NCBI GenBank assembly: GCA_963810945.1
Contig: CAWEPI010000008.1
Location: 1,238,850-1,302,849, forward strand
Direction of reading: 5' to 3'
From: an uncultured Actinomycetes bacterium
GTDB lineage: Bacteria > Actinomycetota > UBA4738 > HRBIN12
DNA length: 64,000 nucleotides
Shown: positions 1 through 10,238 of the stretch, piece by piece
Layout: the number at the start of each line of letters is the position of its first letter
Numbering within the stretch: the stretch's first letter is position 1
Program-made: the position numbers and the translations under genes
The notes under the pieces: generated by a model
The model's database searches: none
What the model was told of the DNA's origin: nothing
The model's input: the letters and a program-made list of their open reading frames with translations, nothing else

Positions 1-373
1 CACGTTCCTCGCGGCCCTCCTCCTGTACTCGTCGCGCGCGATCCGGGTGAGCGGGAAGTTCGTGCGGATCGTGTTCGTGGCCACGGCCGGGATCGCCCTG
101 ATGTATCTCGTGGGGTGGGTCGTCAGCCTCTTCGGGATCGACCTGCTCTTCTGGGCGAAGCCCAACGCGCTGGGGATCGCGATCAGCGTCGGCATCTGCC
201 TGCTCGCGGCGGCCAACCTGCTGGTGGACTTCTCCTTCATCGAGGGCGGGGTGAAGAGCGGCGCGCCCAAGGTGATGGCGTGGTTCGGCGCGTTCGGGCT
301 CCTCACGACGCTGGTCTGGCTCTACCTCGAGGTGCTCCGGCTCCTCGCGCTCCTGCGTGGCGCGGGTCGCTGA
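1..373 (+). CDS. Bax-inhibitor-1/YccA family membrane protein (5' end outside window)
   Basis: Reading frame is open from base 2. The multi-TM hydrophobic C-terminus FVRIVFVATAGIALMYLVGW...LLAAANLLVDFSFIEGG...LYLEVLRLLALL is typical of the BI-1/YccA family. Confidence 0.55.
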   Translation, partial: TFLAALLLYSSRAIRVSGKFVRIVFVATAGIALMYLVGWVVSLFGIDLLFWAKPNALGIAISVGICLLAAANLLVDFSFIEGGVKSGAPKVMAWFGAFGLLTTLVWLYLEVLRLLALLRGAGR

Positions 374-397
374 GGCCTGCTCCTCACCGCCGGACAC

Positions 398-1501
398 TCA
401 AGCCGCGATGGGCGTGCTCGGCGTGAGCCGGCCCGTCTTGCGGACGAGCTGGTCCACCACGTACTTGGCGTCCCTGCCCACGCCGGGGAGCACGTCCGAG
501 GCCACCGAGAACTGGAACGGGAGCCCCACGAAGTAGAGGCCGGGCTCGGAGCCGACGACGCCACGCTCGTGCGTCGGCGCGCCGTCCTCGTCGAAGATCG
601 GGAGATCGATCCACGAGAGATCGTGGCGGAACCCCGTTGCCCAGATCACGTTGGCGACGTCCGGAACCCGCCCGTCCTCCAGCACGGGCCGGCCGTCGCG
701 CACGGCGACGGTCTTGGGCACGCGCCGCACCCCCGCGTCGACCAGCTGCTTCGGCTTCACGCGCACCAACGGGTTGCCATGGGAGCCGGCGGACGCGTGC
801 ACCTTGCGGCCGAGCGGGGTCCGCAGCGTCAACACGTGCCGACCCGCGAAGACCACCAGCCGCGTGCCGAGGACCCGCGCGAACGTCCCGTCGATGTCGA
901 ACGGGATGTGACCGAGCTCCGGACCCGAGAGCCACGTGGGGTGCGCGCGCGCGGCTTCCAGCGCGATGTCGCCTCCCGAGTTGCCCGCGCCCACGACCAG
1001 CACGCCGCCCTCGCGGAGCTGCGCGGGGTTGCGGTACGCGCTGGAGTGCATCTGCACGATGGCGGGGTCGAGGTCGTGCGCGATCGTGGGGATGCGCGGC
1101 TCCTGATGGGCGCCCGTCGCGACGATCACGTTCGCGGTCTCGAACCGCGTGTCGCCGGCCGAGACGACGTAGGTCTCGCCCTCTCGCCACACCCGGTCGA
1201 CGCGGACGCCGGTCCGCACGGGGAGCGCGAACCGCGCGGCGTAGGCCTCCAGGTAGTCGGCCATCTCGTCCTTCGTGGGCATGGCGGAACCCTTCGCGGG
1301 GAACCGCATCCCCGGAAGCCCGACGTAGCGGGCCGGCGTGAACAGGCGCAGAGAGTCGTAGCGGTTCCGCCACGCGTCGCCCACCCGCGCGTTCGCATCC
1401 AGGATCACGAACGACCGTCCGGTCTTCCGCAGGTATGTACCGGCCCACAGGCCCGCCTGACTCCCGCCGATCACCACGGTCTCGAACCTCTCGATGTGCA
1501 T
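398..1501 (-). CDS. flavin-containing monooxygenase / FAD-NAD(P)-binding oxidoreductase (CzcO-like)
   Basis: 367-aa intact ORF. N-terminal GxGxxG dinucleotide fold (VVIGGSQAGL), a second NAD(P) fold (VLVVGAGNSGGD), and a C-terminal ATGF motif. Confidence 0.8.
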   Translation of the reverse strand: MHIERFETVVIGGSQAGLWAGTYLRKTGRSFVILDANARVGDAWRNRYDSLRLFTPARYVGLPGMRFPAKGSAMPTKDEMADYLEAYAARFALPVRTGVRVDRVWREGETYVVSAGDTRFETANVIVATGAHQEPRIPTIAHDLDPAIVQMHSSAYRNPAQLREGGVLVVGAGNSGGDIALEAARAHPTWLSGPELGHIPFDIDGTFARVLGTRLVVFAGRHVLTLRTPLGRKVHASAGSHGNPLVRVKPKQLVDAGVRRVPKTVAVRDGRPVLEDGRVPDVANVIWATGFRHDLSWIDLPIFDEDGAPTHERGVVGSEPGLYFVGLPFQFSVASDVLPGVGRDAKYVVDQLVRKTGRLTPSTPIAA

Positions 1502-1620
1502 GTCCCGTCCCTCCTGCGTCGGTGTGGGACGACGTTAGGGCTGCGGGGCTCGGCCCTTCATCGACGGAAGTAACCAACCTGCGGAGCGGGCCCTGTGGTG
1601 CATATGCACCACGTCCGCGC

Positions 1621-3249
1621 CTAGGTCAGGCCGTGCTCGAACGCGAACGCGGTGGCCGCCGAGCGCGAGGAGACGTCGATCTTGGCGAAGATGTTCTGCA
1701 GGTGGCGCGCGACGGTGTGCTCGCTGATCACGAGCTCCACCGCGATGTCGCGATTCGTCCTGCCGTCCGCGACGAGGCGGAGCACCTCGGCCTCACGGGC
1801 CGTGAGCCCGGCCGGGAGCGCCTCGGGTCCCGCCAAGAGCCGGGTGACGGCGGCGGCATCGGGCCGCGCGCCAAGCCGCTCGAACGACGCCAGGGCGGCG
1901 CGCAGCTCGAGCGCGGCGCCCTCGTCGTCCCCGCCCGCACGGATCGCCCGCGCGTAGAGCACCCTCGCCCGCGCCGCCTCGTAGGGGAGCTTCAGCTGCT
2001 GCCATGCGGCGCACGCCTCGCGGAGTCGATCGAGGGCGGGCGCTACCTCTCCGGATGCCAGGTGGAGCGCGCCCGAAGCCGTCGCCGCCGAGGCCGCGAA
2101 CGCGGGGGTGCCGGCGTCGCGCGCCATCGTCTCCAGCTCCTCGACCGCCGCGCGGGCCTCGGCGAGGTCTCCCGCGACGAGCGCGACCTCCACCTGCGCC
2201 GCGAGGAGCCGGGTGCGCCGCGGGCGCTGCCGTTCGGCGTCGAGGGTGAGGCGCAAGCCCGTCCGGGCCGCCTCGACCTTGCCTTGCGCCAGCCGCAGGA
2301 GTGCGAGACCGGGCTGCGGATCGCCGCCGAGCTCGTGCGCGCGGGCGAACGCCGCCTCGGCACCCTCCACGTCGCCGGTGCGACGGCGGACCTCGCCGAC
2401 CTGGTTGAGCGCGGCCGCCGCGAGGCCCGGATCGAGCGTGGCCATCTCGTCCGAGGCGAGGAGCGCCTCGGCCTCGGCCTCGGGCCAGGCGCCGCGCAGA
2501 CGGGCGACCTCGGCGCGATTCACCCGGCACATCCCGGGGAACGGGGCGTTCGGCTGGAGGGCGTCGCACCAGGCGCGCGCGGCGTCGCTCCACTCGCCCG
2601 CGCGTCGGACGTCGCTCACCTCGAGGCACGCCTGGATCAGGTTGCAGTAGATGATGCCGGTGAAGTACGGGCTCAGGTCGCCCGCCAGGACGGCCGTCAT
2701 GGCCTCGTCGAGCAGGGCCAGCCCCGGCTGGACCTCGCCCGCGTCGATCAGCGCCAGTCCCTCGGTATTGATCGCGATCGCGACGAGGTCCCGGTCGCCG
2801 AAGCGCTGACCGATCTCGATCGCCTGCCGCGCCAACGCGAGCGTGCGGTCGAGCTCACCCGCGAACCGGGCGGCGTTGGCCTCGACCACGGCGAGGAACC
2901 CCTGCTCCGTGCACGCGGGTTCGTCCTGCAGGTGACGATGGGCCCGCATCAGGTAGCCCGTGCCGACCGACGTCTCCTCGCGGACGAGGTGCTCGATCGC
3001 GAGACGCGCGGCCACGGCGCCCGCGGCGCGCTCGTCCCCGGCGGCGGCGTAGGCCGCGTACGCCTTCTGGCGCGCCTCGAGCGACTCCTCAAGGTGCGAG
3101 GTCCACCAGGCGGCGTCGGCGAGACCCTCGAGGTCGCCCGCGGTCATCGACGATCGATCGGCCTCGTGCAGCCCCTCGTACGCCTCCGCCCACGCGCTGC
3201 GCGCCAGCGCGTCCCGAGCGCGGTCGATCCGCGTGTCCGCCGTCGCCAC
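1621..3249 (-). CDS. LuxR-family transcriptional regulator with large TPR-like N-terminal domain
   Basis: 542-aa ORF. C-terminal LuxR HTH (REAEVLRLVADGRTNRDIAVELVISEHTVARHLQNIFAKI). Helical repeat-rich N-terminal region. Confidence 0.75.
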   Translation of the reverse strand: MATADTRIDRARDALARSAWAEAYEGLHEADRSSMTAGDLEGLADAAWWTSHLEESLEARQKAYAAYAAAGDERAAGAVAARLAIEHLVREETSVGTGYLMRAHRHLQDEPACTEQGFLAVVEANAARFAGELDRTLALARQAIEIGQRFGDRDLVAIAINTEGLALIDAGEVQPGLALLDEAMTAVLAGDLSPYFTGIIYCNLIQACLEVSDVRRAGEWSDAARAWCDALQPNAPFPGMCRVNRAEVARLRGAWPEAEAEALLASDEMATLDPGLAAAALNQVGEVRRRTGDVEGAEAAFARAHELGGDPQPGLALLRLAQGKVEAARTGLRLTLDAERQRPRRTRLLAAQVEVALVAGDLAEARAAVEELETMARDAGTPAFAASAATASGALHLASGEVAPALDRLREACAAWQQLKLPYEAARARVLYARAIRAGGDDEGAALELRAALASFERLGARPDAAAVTRLLAGPEALPAGLTAREAEVLRLVADGRTNRDIAVELVISEHTVARHLQNIFAKIDVSSRSAATAFAFEHGLT

Positions 3250-3262
3250 GCGCGACCGGCGC

Positions 3263-3829
3263 CTACCCGCCGTAGCAGCGGAACGTGACGGGATCCTCCA
3301 CGGAGGTCAGGGAGTCGCCGACGTCGGAGTCGCCCCGGTCGTGACCGGGTCCGCCGCGGATCTGGTCTCCGGCTAGATGGTCGATGCCCGAGAGACAGAT
3401 GTCGTCGCCCTTCCCGCCGGCGATGATGTCGAGCCCCTGCTGGCCGACCGCGATGTCGCGTCCGAACCCGGCCACCAGGGCATCCCGTCCCAGCCCGCCC
3501 CAGAGGTTGTCGTTGCCGTTGCCGCCCAGGAGCACGTCGGCCCCCACCTGTCCCATGAGGAGGTCGCTCCCCCCGCCGCCCGACAGGATGTCGGCGCCGC
3601 CACCGCCGTAGATCTGGTCGTTCCCGTTCTTGCCGCAGATCACGTCCCTGCCGGGGGTCCCGTGCAGCGTGTCGCCGTGGCCGGTCCCCGTGATCGTGCA
3701 CGTGAACCGTGCCACGGCGGGTGACCTCGCGACGCCTGGAGACCGCGCGAGGCCGGATGCCCCGGGCGCCGACAACGCCGTAGCGATCACCAACCCGAAG
3801 GCAGCCGTGCCGATCGCGATCCTTCTCAT
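3263..3829 (-). CDS. secreted hemolysin-type calcium-binding (RTX-like GGxGxD) repeat protein
   Basis: Signal peptide MRRIAIGTAAFGLVIATALSAPGASG, followed by more than 8 tandem nonapeptide repeats (GGGGADILSGGGGSDLLMGQVGADVLLGGNGNDNLWGGLGRD...). Confidence 0.6.
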   Translation of the reverse strand: MRRIAIGTAAFGLVIATALSAPGASGLARSPGVARSPAVARFTCTITGTGHGDTLHGTPGRDVICGKNGNDQIYGGGGADILSGGGGSDLLMGQVGADVLLGGNGNDNLWGGLGRDALVAGFGRDIAVGQQGLDIIAGGKGDDICLSGIDHLAGDQIRGGPGHDRGDSDVGDSLTSVEDPVTFRCYGG

Positions 3830-3934
3830 GGATCCCCCTTCCCGACCCGGCCGCGGTGGCCTCGTCCAGGGATGTCTCACGAGTCTCCGCCGGGGGACCG
3901 CGGAGGTCAAACGGAAGGCTCGGCCGGATGCATC

Positions 3935-6018
3935 TCAGCCCGCGATCGCGGTGGCGAGCACGAAAGGATGCACGGGGCCGCTCCCGGCCTGACGGAGCGC
4001 GCGCGCCACCACCGTGATCGTCCACTTCGAGTCGGCGAGGTCGTCGACGAGCAGGACCGGGCCGTCGGGCACGGCCGAGGGGCCGTCGGCCACCGCGAAC
4101 GCGTCCCACACGTTGCGCACCTGCTGGGCGCTGTTCCGCATCGTGGCCTGCGGCTGGTTCTGGCCCACCTTGCGCACCAGGTCTCGGATCGGGAGCCCCA
4201 GCGCGTCCGCGAGCCGCGCGGCGAAGTCGGGCACGAGGTCGGGGTGCGTCATCGAGGGCACGGATGTCACCCACGTGGGTGGGGGATCGGGCCGCCAGCG
4301 ATCCGCGATCAGTGCGGCGGAGGCCGTCACCAGGTCGTCCGCGAATCGCTCGTCTTCGCCGCGGCCGGATGCGACGAGCCGCCCCCAGCCCCCGTCGCCC
4401 ATCACCGAGAGCGCGCGACCGGTCTCGGGTCGCTCGTCCTCGGCGATCCGGCCCTTCGGCATCGACGACCCCATCCCAGACGGCCACTGCTTGCGCGGTT
4501 CCACGAACAGGTCGAACCCCCGGAGGTGCTCGCGCGCGGCCACGCGCACCGGTTCGTCGACCTCCACGCGCAGGGGAGATCCGGTGCAGTTCATGCAGCG
4601 GCCGCACGGCGCGGCGCCCGGGTCGTCCAGCTGGGTGCGCAGGAACTCCATCAGGCATCCGGTGTGCGCGGCATAGGCGCGCATCGCGTCCTGCTCGTGA
4701 CGACGCAGCGCGGTGATGTGCTCGATCCGCTCCGTCGGATACGCCCAGGTCTCGTCGGTGCGCACGTACCCGCCGCGCTCGCGCCCCACCGCGCCCTCCA
4801 CCTCGAGCACCTTGAGCATCGACTCCAGGCGCGCGCGCCGCACGTTCACCGCCGCCATCAGCTCGTTCAGCGACATCGGGGCCGGGGCCGAGCCCAGCAG
4901 GGTCACGATCTCCTCGGCCTGGTGCTTGGGCGGGAACGCGGTCTCGATGAAGTAGTCCTGGATCTCGCGGTCCTCGACGCCGCGCAGCAGCACCGCGGGC
5001 GCATGGTCGAGCGCACGGCCGGCGCGCCCGACCTGTTGGTAGTAGGCGATCGGCGAGCCGGGGGACTGGAAGTGGATCACGAACCCGAGGTCGGGCTTGT
5101 CGAAGCCCATCCCGAGGGCCGAGGTCGCCACGAGCACCTTCAGCTCGTTCGCGAGCAGGGCCTGCTCGAGGCGAACGCGGTCGTCGTGGTCCGTGGCACC
5201 GCTGTACGCCTCGGCCTCGATCCCCTGGCGGCGCAGGAATGCGGCCACCCGCTCGCCGTCGGCGATCGTGAGCACGTACACGATGCCCGACCCATCCAGG
5301 TCGGGGAGCGTCTGCGCGAGCCAGGCGAGGCGCTCGGCCTGGCTCGGCACGTCGGCGACCGCGAGCGCGAGGCTCTCGCGGTCGAGCGAGCCGCGGAACG
5401 TCAGCAGCTCGTCGCCGAGCTGGTCGGTGATGTCGTCGATCACCCGGTCGTTCGCCGTGGCGGTCGTGCAGAGCACGGGCACGTCCGGCGGCAGCGCCTC
5501 GAGCACGCGCACGATGCGCCGGTAGTCGGGACGGAAGTCGTGGCCCCAGTCGCTGATGCAGTGGGCCTCGTCCACGACGAGGAGCCCGACCGTGCGCGCG
5601 ATCACCGAGAGCATCTCCGTCGCGGAAGCGCTCGTTCGCGAACCGCTCGGGCGAGACGAGCAGCAGGTCGATCTCGTCGGCGAGGAGCCGCTGCACGATC
5701 GGCTCGAAGTCGTCGGGGTTCGTGCTGTTGATCGTCTCGGCACGCACGCCGAGGCGCCCGGCCATCTCGATCTGGTTGCGCATCAACGCGAGGAGCGGTG
5801 ACACCAAGCAGCGTTGGTCCGGCGCCCTGTTCGCGCAGCAGCTTCGTGGCGATGAAGTAGACGGCCGACTTGCCCCACCCCGTGCGCTGCACGAGCAGCA
5901 CGCGACTCCGCGTCCCCGCCACCGACTCGATGGCCTCGAGCTGTCCCGGACGGAAGTCGGCGTTGGGTCCGAGCATCGCGCGGAGGTGCGCGAGGGCGTC
6001 GGTGGCGAGGTCGCTCAT
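3935..6018 (-). pseudogene. recQ: RecQ-family ATP-dependent DNA helicase with C-terminal ComF-like phosphoribosyltransferase domain; two frameshifts
   Basis: The N-terminus with Walker A (QRTGWGKSAVYF) is in frame 1 (ORF 5602..6018). VSPLLALMRNQIEMAGRLG...SPERFANERFR is in a second frame. LLVVDEAHCISDWGHDFRPDYRRI...CGRCMNCTG...VLLVDDLADSKWTITVVARALRQAG is in a third frame (ORF 3935..5743). The frame switches are near 5803 and 5648. Confidence 0.75.
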
Positions 6019-6088
6019 CCACCCACTCTAGGGGCGCCCTCCGACGGGCCGTTCCCACGGCCCCGGATGCCGGGTCTAGACTCGCCAG

Positions 6089-6526
6089 ATGTCCGAGCCC
6101 GACGACGTGTTCGGCCGGCGGCCGCTCACCGAGGCCGAACGCGACGAGCTGCTCGATCTGCCGCTCCCCGGCGTCTTCTCCACCATCGCGGACGAGGGAT
6201 GGATCCATTCGGCCCCCGTGCACTTCCACCCGAGCGACGGGACGCTGCGTTTCATCGCCGAGCGGGGGTCTGTGAAGCATCGGAACGTGCGACGGACCCA
6301 GCGCGGAACGCTCTGCGTCGCGACCACCGTCGGCGCCGAGCGCCGATACGTGACGGTCGAGGGGCCGGTCGACATCGAGGGCCATGTCGCACGGTCGGAC
6401 CTCGCCGCGCTGGATCGCCGCTACGGGCGGGAGTCGGCCGACCCGGACGACGAGGCGTACGACGGATCGCTCACGTTCGTGCTCCGTCCCGAACGCTGGA
6501 TCGCCTGGGCGGACGTCGACGATTGA
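6089..6526 (+). CDS. PPOX-class F420-dependent / pyridoxamine 5'-phosphate oxidase family protein
   Basis: 145-aa intact ORF with the typical PNPOx-like split-barrel signature (LPGVFSTIADEGWIHSAPVHFHPSDGTLRFI). Confidence 0.7.
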   Translation: MSEPDDVFGRRPLTEAERDELLDLPLPGVFSTIADEGWIHSAPVHFHPSDGTLRFIAERGSVKHRNVRRTQRGTLCVATTVGAERRYVTVEGPVDIEGHVARSDLAALDRRYGRESADPDDEAYDGSLTFVLRPERWIAWADVDD

Positions 6527-6535
6527 GCGTCCGGG

Positions 6536-7087
6536 TCAGTCTCCGAAGAGCGACACGTCGAGGTAGGCGACCCGTACGTTCGCCGGCGCCGGCCCGCTGA
6601 GGAACACGACGACCCTGCCTTCGAGGGGATCCGTCCCGGCGATGGGCCGGACGACCGCCGACACGCTCAGCCCGGGGTTGGGGCCTTGGATCGTGGCGAA
6701 GGCGACGTCGGTGTCCGTGCCGCCCGTGGGGTCGCCGATCTCGGGGTCGTGCGCGGAGGAGAGTTCGATGCGCACGGACGCCTGGGTCTGGCCCTTGTGC
6801 ACGACGATCAGCCCGCCGATCCCGTGCGAGGGGGCGGCGAACGGGCCGCAGCAGACCGAGATCCCCTGCCCGACATAGAGGCCGCCGCCCAGCGGCATGT
6901 CGTTGGCCTGGATGCTGTCCGTCTCGAGCCAGCCGGCCTTGAAGCCTCCGTTCAACACGGTCGTGTTCGACGCTGCATTCACGTGGCCGAGGATCATCGG
7001 GTCCCCGTTCGCGGCGTAGGACACGCCCATCAGTCCCAACCACGAGAGCGCCAGTGCCCCCACCACGCACACGGCTACCTTCCGCAT
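6536..7087 (-). CDS. secreted hypothetical protein
   Basis: Internal Met start with signal peptide MRKVAVCVVGALALSWLGLMGVSYAANG. The long upstream extension of the ORF is a high-GC artefact. Confidence 0.45.
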   Translation of the reverse strand: MRKVAVCVVGALALSWLGLMGVSYAANGDPMILGHVNAASNTTVLNGGFKAGWLETDSIQANDMPLGGGLYVGQGISVCCGPFAAPSHGIGGLIVVHKGQTQASVRIELSSAHDPEIGDPTGGTDTDVAFATIQGPNPGLSVSAVVRPIAGTDPLEGRVVVFLSGPAPANVRVAYLDVSLFGD

Positions 7088-7168
7088 CGCGACCTCCCTT
7101 CGGATGGACCGTTCGCGATCGTTCTGGAATCCTGATGATGCTCCGTGTTCCACGAAAGGGGAACCCCG

Positions 7169-7708
7169 ATGCGGGTCGTCGATCTCCATATCCTCACGGG
7201 CGCTCCCGGCACCGGGAAGACCGCCATCCTCGACGGGATCGGCTCCGACATCCACGTCGCGCGTGAACCCGCCCGGGAGATCCTCGCCGAGCAACGCGCG
7301 GTCGGGGGCATGGCCACGTGGGACCGTGATCCGTCGCGGTTCGTCGACCTGCTCCTCCGGCGCTCGATCGAGAAGCACGGCGACGCCCGACGGTTGAAAG
7401 GGCGGATGGTGTTCGACCGGGCAATCCCGGATTGCATCGCGTACGCCGCCCTCATGGAGGTGGATCCGGAGCCGAGCCTGCGAGCCGCCGCGGCGTACCG
7501 GTACCACGACGAGGTCCTCATCCTCGAGCCCTGGGAGGAGATCTACGTCACCGACGACGAGCGGAGGATGTCCTTCGCAGACACCGTGGCGTTCCACGAG
7601 GTCATCCGGGATGCCTACAGGAGGACCGGGTACACGCTCGTCGAGGTGCCGCGTGCGTCGGTGGCGGAGCGCGCCGCGTTCGTCGCGGGCGTCATCGATG
7701 CACCCTGA
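7169..7708 (+). CDS. AAA-family P-loop ATPase (AAA_28-like)
   Basis: The aaagggga SD lies 6 nt before the ATG. Walker A GAPGTGKT directly follows the start. Confidence 0.65.
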   Translation: MRVVDLHILTGAPGTGKTAILDGIGSDIHVAREPAREILAEQRAVGGMATWDRDPSRFVDLLLRRSIEKHGDARRLKGRMVFDRAIPDCIAYAALMEVDPEPSLRAAAAYRYHDEVLILEPWEEIYVTDDERRMSFADTVAFHEVIRDAYRRTGYTLVEVPRASVAERAAFVAGVIDAP

Positions 7709-7723
7709 GCGGGTCGAGCCCGC

Positions 7724-8971
7724 CTAGGTGCTGTAACGCCAGAGGTGGCCGCCGCCGTCGCTGTCGGAGCCGGCGACGTAGGCGCCCTTCACCGGCGTCG
7801 CGCCGACATCGCTCGCCAGCAGCGTCCGGATCCCCTGCTCCAGCACGCTCTGCCAGACGAGCGCGCCTCCAGGACCGAACCGGCGCACGACGATGTCCCA
7901 GCCGCCGTCGGACTTGTCGCGGCGCGAGCCCGCCACGTACACCGCCCCGTTGGGCGCGATCGAGACACCCGCGGTTGTCGACTGGTTGCCGTGCTTCGTC
8001 GCGCCCCACCCCTGCGACCAGATGGGGCTCCCGTCCAGCGTGAAGGCGCCGAGCCACGCGTGGCTCCGCACGAACCCGCGCTGGTCGACGTCGGCGGTGA
8101 CCTGGAGCCGGTCGCCCAGCACGGCGATCGCGGTCCCGCGATCCACGTCGCGGTTGCCGTGATCGCCGAGGACGCGCGTCCACGCCACCGTGCCCGCGGA
8201 CGCGACGGCCTGGATCACAACGTCCTCGTCCACGAAGTCGGTCTCGCCCTTCTGGAGGGCCGTGGCCGCCCACCCCGTGACGAAGAACATGCCCGAGGTA
8301 TCGCCGGCCACCCCGGTCGCGCCGTCGTAGAACTTCGGGTCGATGCCCGGCGCGTCGAAGGGGATCCTCCACATGGGCTTCCCCCCGGTGGTGTAGGAGC
8401 GCAGGTAGCCGTGGTTGAACGGGTTCCCGCAGCAGCCGAAGCGGTTCCCCGCCACGATCAGGCGGTCGCCGGCCACCGCCACCGATCCGTAGGAATCGGC
8501 GAGCTTGCCCGACTCCCAGCCGGGCTCGTCGTGCACCCACCGGCGCCGGCCGTCGGGGGCGTAGCGGGCGATGAACCATCCGCTGCCCTCGGACCCGGGG
8601 ATCGCGACGTCGCCCACCACGTAGACGCCGCCATCGGGGGCGAGGGCCACGTCGCGCCCGTTCACGTAGCCCGCCTTCGCCGGGCGCCAGTTCCGCGCCC
8701 AGATCAGGCTGCCGTCGAGCGCGTACTTCCGCAGCATCAGGGTCCAGCGCGGCCCCGGCTTGAGCGAACCGACCACGTAGACGTTGCGGTTCTTGTCCAC
8801 GGCCACGGCGTTCGCCTGGAGGCCCGCCTGCCGGTGCCACGCGGGGGTCGGAGCGGGCGCGGCCTGGGCCGACGGCGCCCAGGAGCCGGCCGCGATCAGG
8901 CAGATCGTGGCCAGCGAGGTGACGGTGCGGATCCGACGGACGTGGGCGAGGCGGGATGCGGCGGCGGTCAT
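7724..8971 (-). CDS. secreted beta-propeller repeat protein (SBBP/PQQ-like repeats)
   Basis: Signal peptide plus AxA cleavage site (SAQAAPAP). Repeated VYVVGS / VYVAGS blade motifs over 415 aa. Confidence 0.6.
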   Translation of the reverse strand: MTAAASRLAHVRRIRTVTSLATICLIAAGSWAPSAQAAPAPTPAWHRQAGLQANAVAVDKNRNVYVVGSLKPGPRWTLMLRKYALDGSLIWARNWRPAKAGYVNGRDVALAPDGGVYVVGDVAIPGSEGSGWFIARYAPDGRRRWVHDEPGWESGKLADSYGSVAVAGDRLIVAGNRFGCCGNPFNHGYLRSYTTGGKPMWRIPFDAPGIDPKFYDGATGVAGDTSGMFFVTGWAATALQKGETDFVDEDVVIQAVASAGTVAWTRVLGDHGNRDVDRGTAIAVLGDRLQVTADVDQRGFVRSHAWLGAFTLDGSPIWSQGWGATKHGNQSTTAGVSIAPNGAVYVAGSRRDKSDGGWDIVVRRFGPGGALVWQSVLEQGIRTLLASDVGATPVKGAYVAGSDSDGGGHLWRYST

Positions 8972-9071
8972 GGCGTGGCTCCTCCCGAGGTCACGACCAC
9001 GCTACGCCGGAGCCTCGGGAGGGGGCAAACGCGACCACCAGCGCCCATCCACGGAGCTCCACCGCCGATGC

Positions 9072-10238
9072 TCAGCGCGACTCCTCCTCGTCGCGGAACA
9101 TCGAACGCGCCACGATCAGGCGCTGGATGTCGCTCGTGCCCTCCCAGATCTCGTCGAGCTTCGCGTCGCGCAGCAGCTTCTCCACCGGGTACTCGCGCGA
9201 GTAGCCGTTGCCGCCGAGCGTCTGCATCGCTGCCCACGCGGCGAAGAACGCCGCCTCGCTCGCGGCGACCTTCGCCATCGCGGACTCGGTCGTGTAGGGC
9301 TCGCCGGCGTCGGCGAGCCGCGCGGCGTGGTGCGTGAGCAGCCGCGCCTGGTCGAGCCTCATCTTCGCGTCGACCAGGCGGAACGAGACCGCCTGGAACC
9401 CGTGGATCTTCCGGCCGAACGCCTCCCGCTCCTTCGCGTAGGCGACGGCGTGCTCGAGCGCGGCGCGCCCGACCCCGCACGATCCCGCGGCGAGCAGCAC
9501 GCGCGAGCGGTCGAACCACTCCAGCACCCCGTGGAACCCCTGGCCCTCCTCGCCGATCCGACGGTCCTCCGCTACGAAGCAGTCGGAGAAGAACAGCTCG
9601 CCGCTCGGACAGCACCGGGTGCCCATCTTGGGGATCTTCTTGCCCAGCGCGAACCCCTCGTCGCCCTTGGCCACCACGAACGTCGTGATGCCGCGCGAGC
9701 GGGAGCCGGGCTCGACGGTCGCGTACACGAGGTAGCGGTCCGCGTCGGGCGCGTTCGAGATCCACGTCTTGGAGCCGTTCAGGACGTAGCCGCCGTCGGT
9801 CCGGCGGGCGTGCGTGATGATGGCGGCGGCGTCGGAGCCGGCGCCCGGCTCGGTGAGCGCGAGCGCCGCGGCGGGGGAGTCGGCCGCCGTGAGGGGCGTG
9901 ACCCATCGCCGCTTCTGCTCCTCGGTGCCGAGCGCGAGGATGGGTCCCGCGAAGAACCCGTTCCCGCTGATCACCGCGGAGACGCCGCTGTCGCCCCACG
10001 TCAGCTCCTCGGTGACGAGGCAGGCCGTGAGCAGGCTCTCGATGCCCCCGCCCCCGTACGCCGCGGGGATGTCGATGCTCGCGAGGCCCAGCGCGCATGC
10101 CGCGTGGAAGACCTCCCACGGGAAGGTCTCCGCCTCGTCCAGCGCGGCGGCCACGGGGCGGATCTCGCGCTCGGCGAACGTGTGCGCGAGGGCGACGAGC
10201 TCGCGCTCGACGTCGGGATCGGTGGGCGGGGTCCTCAC
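9072..10238 (-). CDS. acyl-CoA dehydrogenase
   Basis: ACAD motifs ([63 protein letters not shown]). GTG start preceded by a gaggagg SD. The start overlaps the stop of the upstream gene in a GTGA arrangement. Confidence 0.85.
   Translation of the reverse strand: MRTPPTDPDVERELVALAHTFAEREIRPVAAALDEAETFPWEVFHAACALGLASIDIPAAYGGGGIESLLTACLVTEELTWGDSGVSAVISGNGFFAGPILALGTEEQKRRWVTPLTAADSPAAALALTEPGAGSDAAAIITHARRTDGGYVLNGSKTWISNAPDADRYLVYATVEPGSRSRGITTFVVAKGDEGFALGKKIPKMGTRCCPSGELFFSDCFVAEDRRIGEEGQGFHGVLEWFDRSRVLLAAGSCGVGRAALEHAVAYAKEREAFGRKIHGFQAVSFRLVDAKMRLDQARLLTHHAARLADAGEPYTTESAMAKVAASEAAFFAAWAAMQTLGGNGYSREYPVEKLLRDAKLDEIWEGTSDIQRLIVARSMFRDEEESR

Noticed and set aside
3144-5807. 887-aa ORF on minus strand spanning the RecQ region
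   Set aside because: Amino-acid composition (Arg/Gly/Pro-rich) is typical of an out-of-frame high-GC artefact. Only a short internal stretch (VSPLLALMRNQ...ERFANERFR) is real RecQ sequence, so it is treated as a frame segment of the helicase pseudogene.
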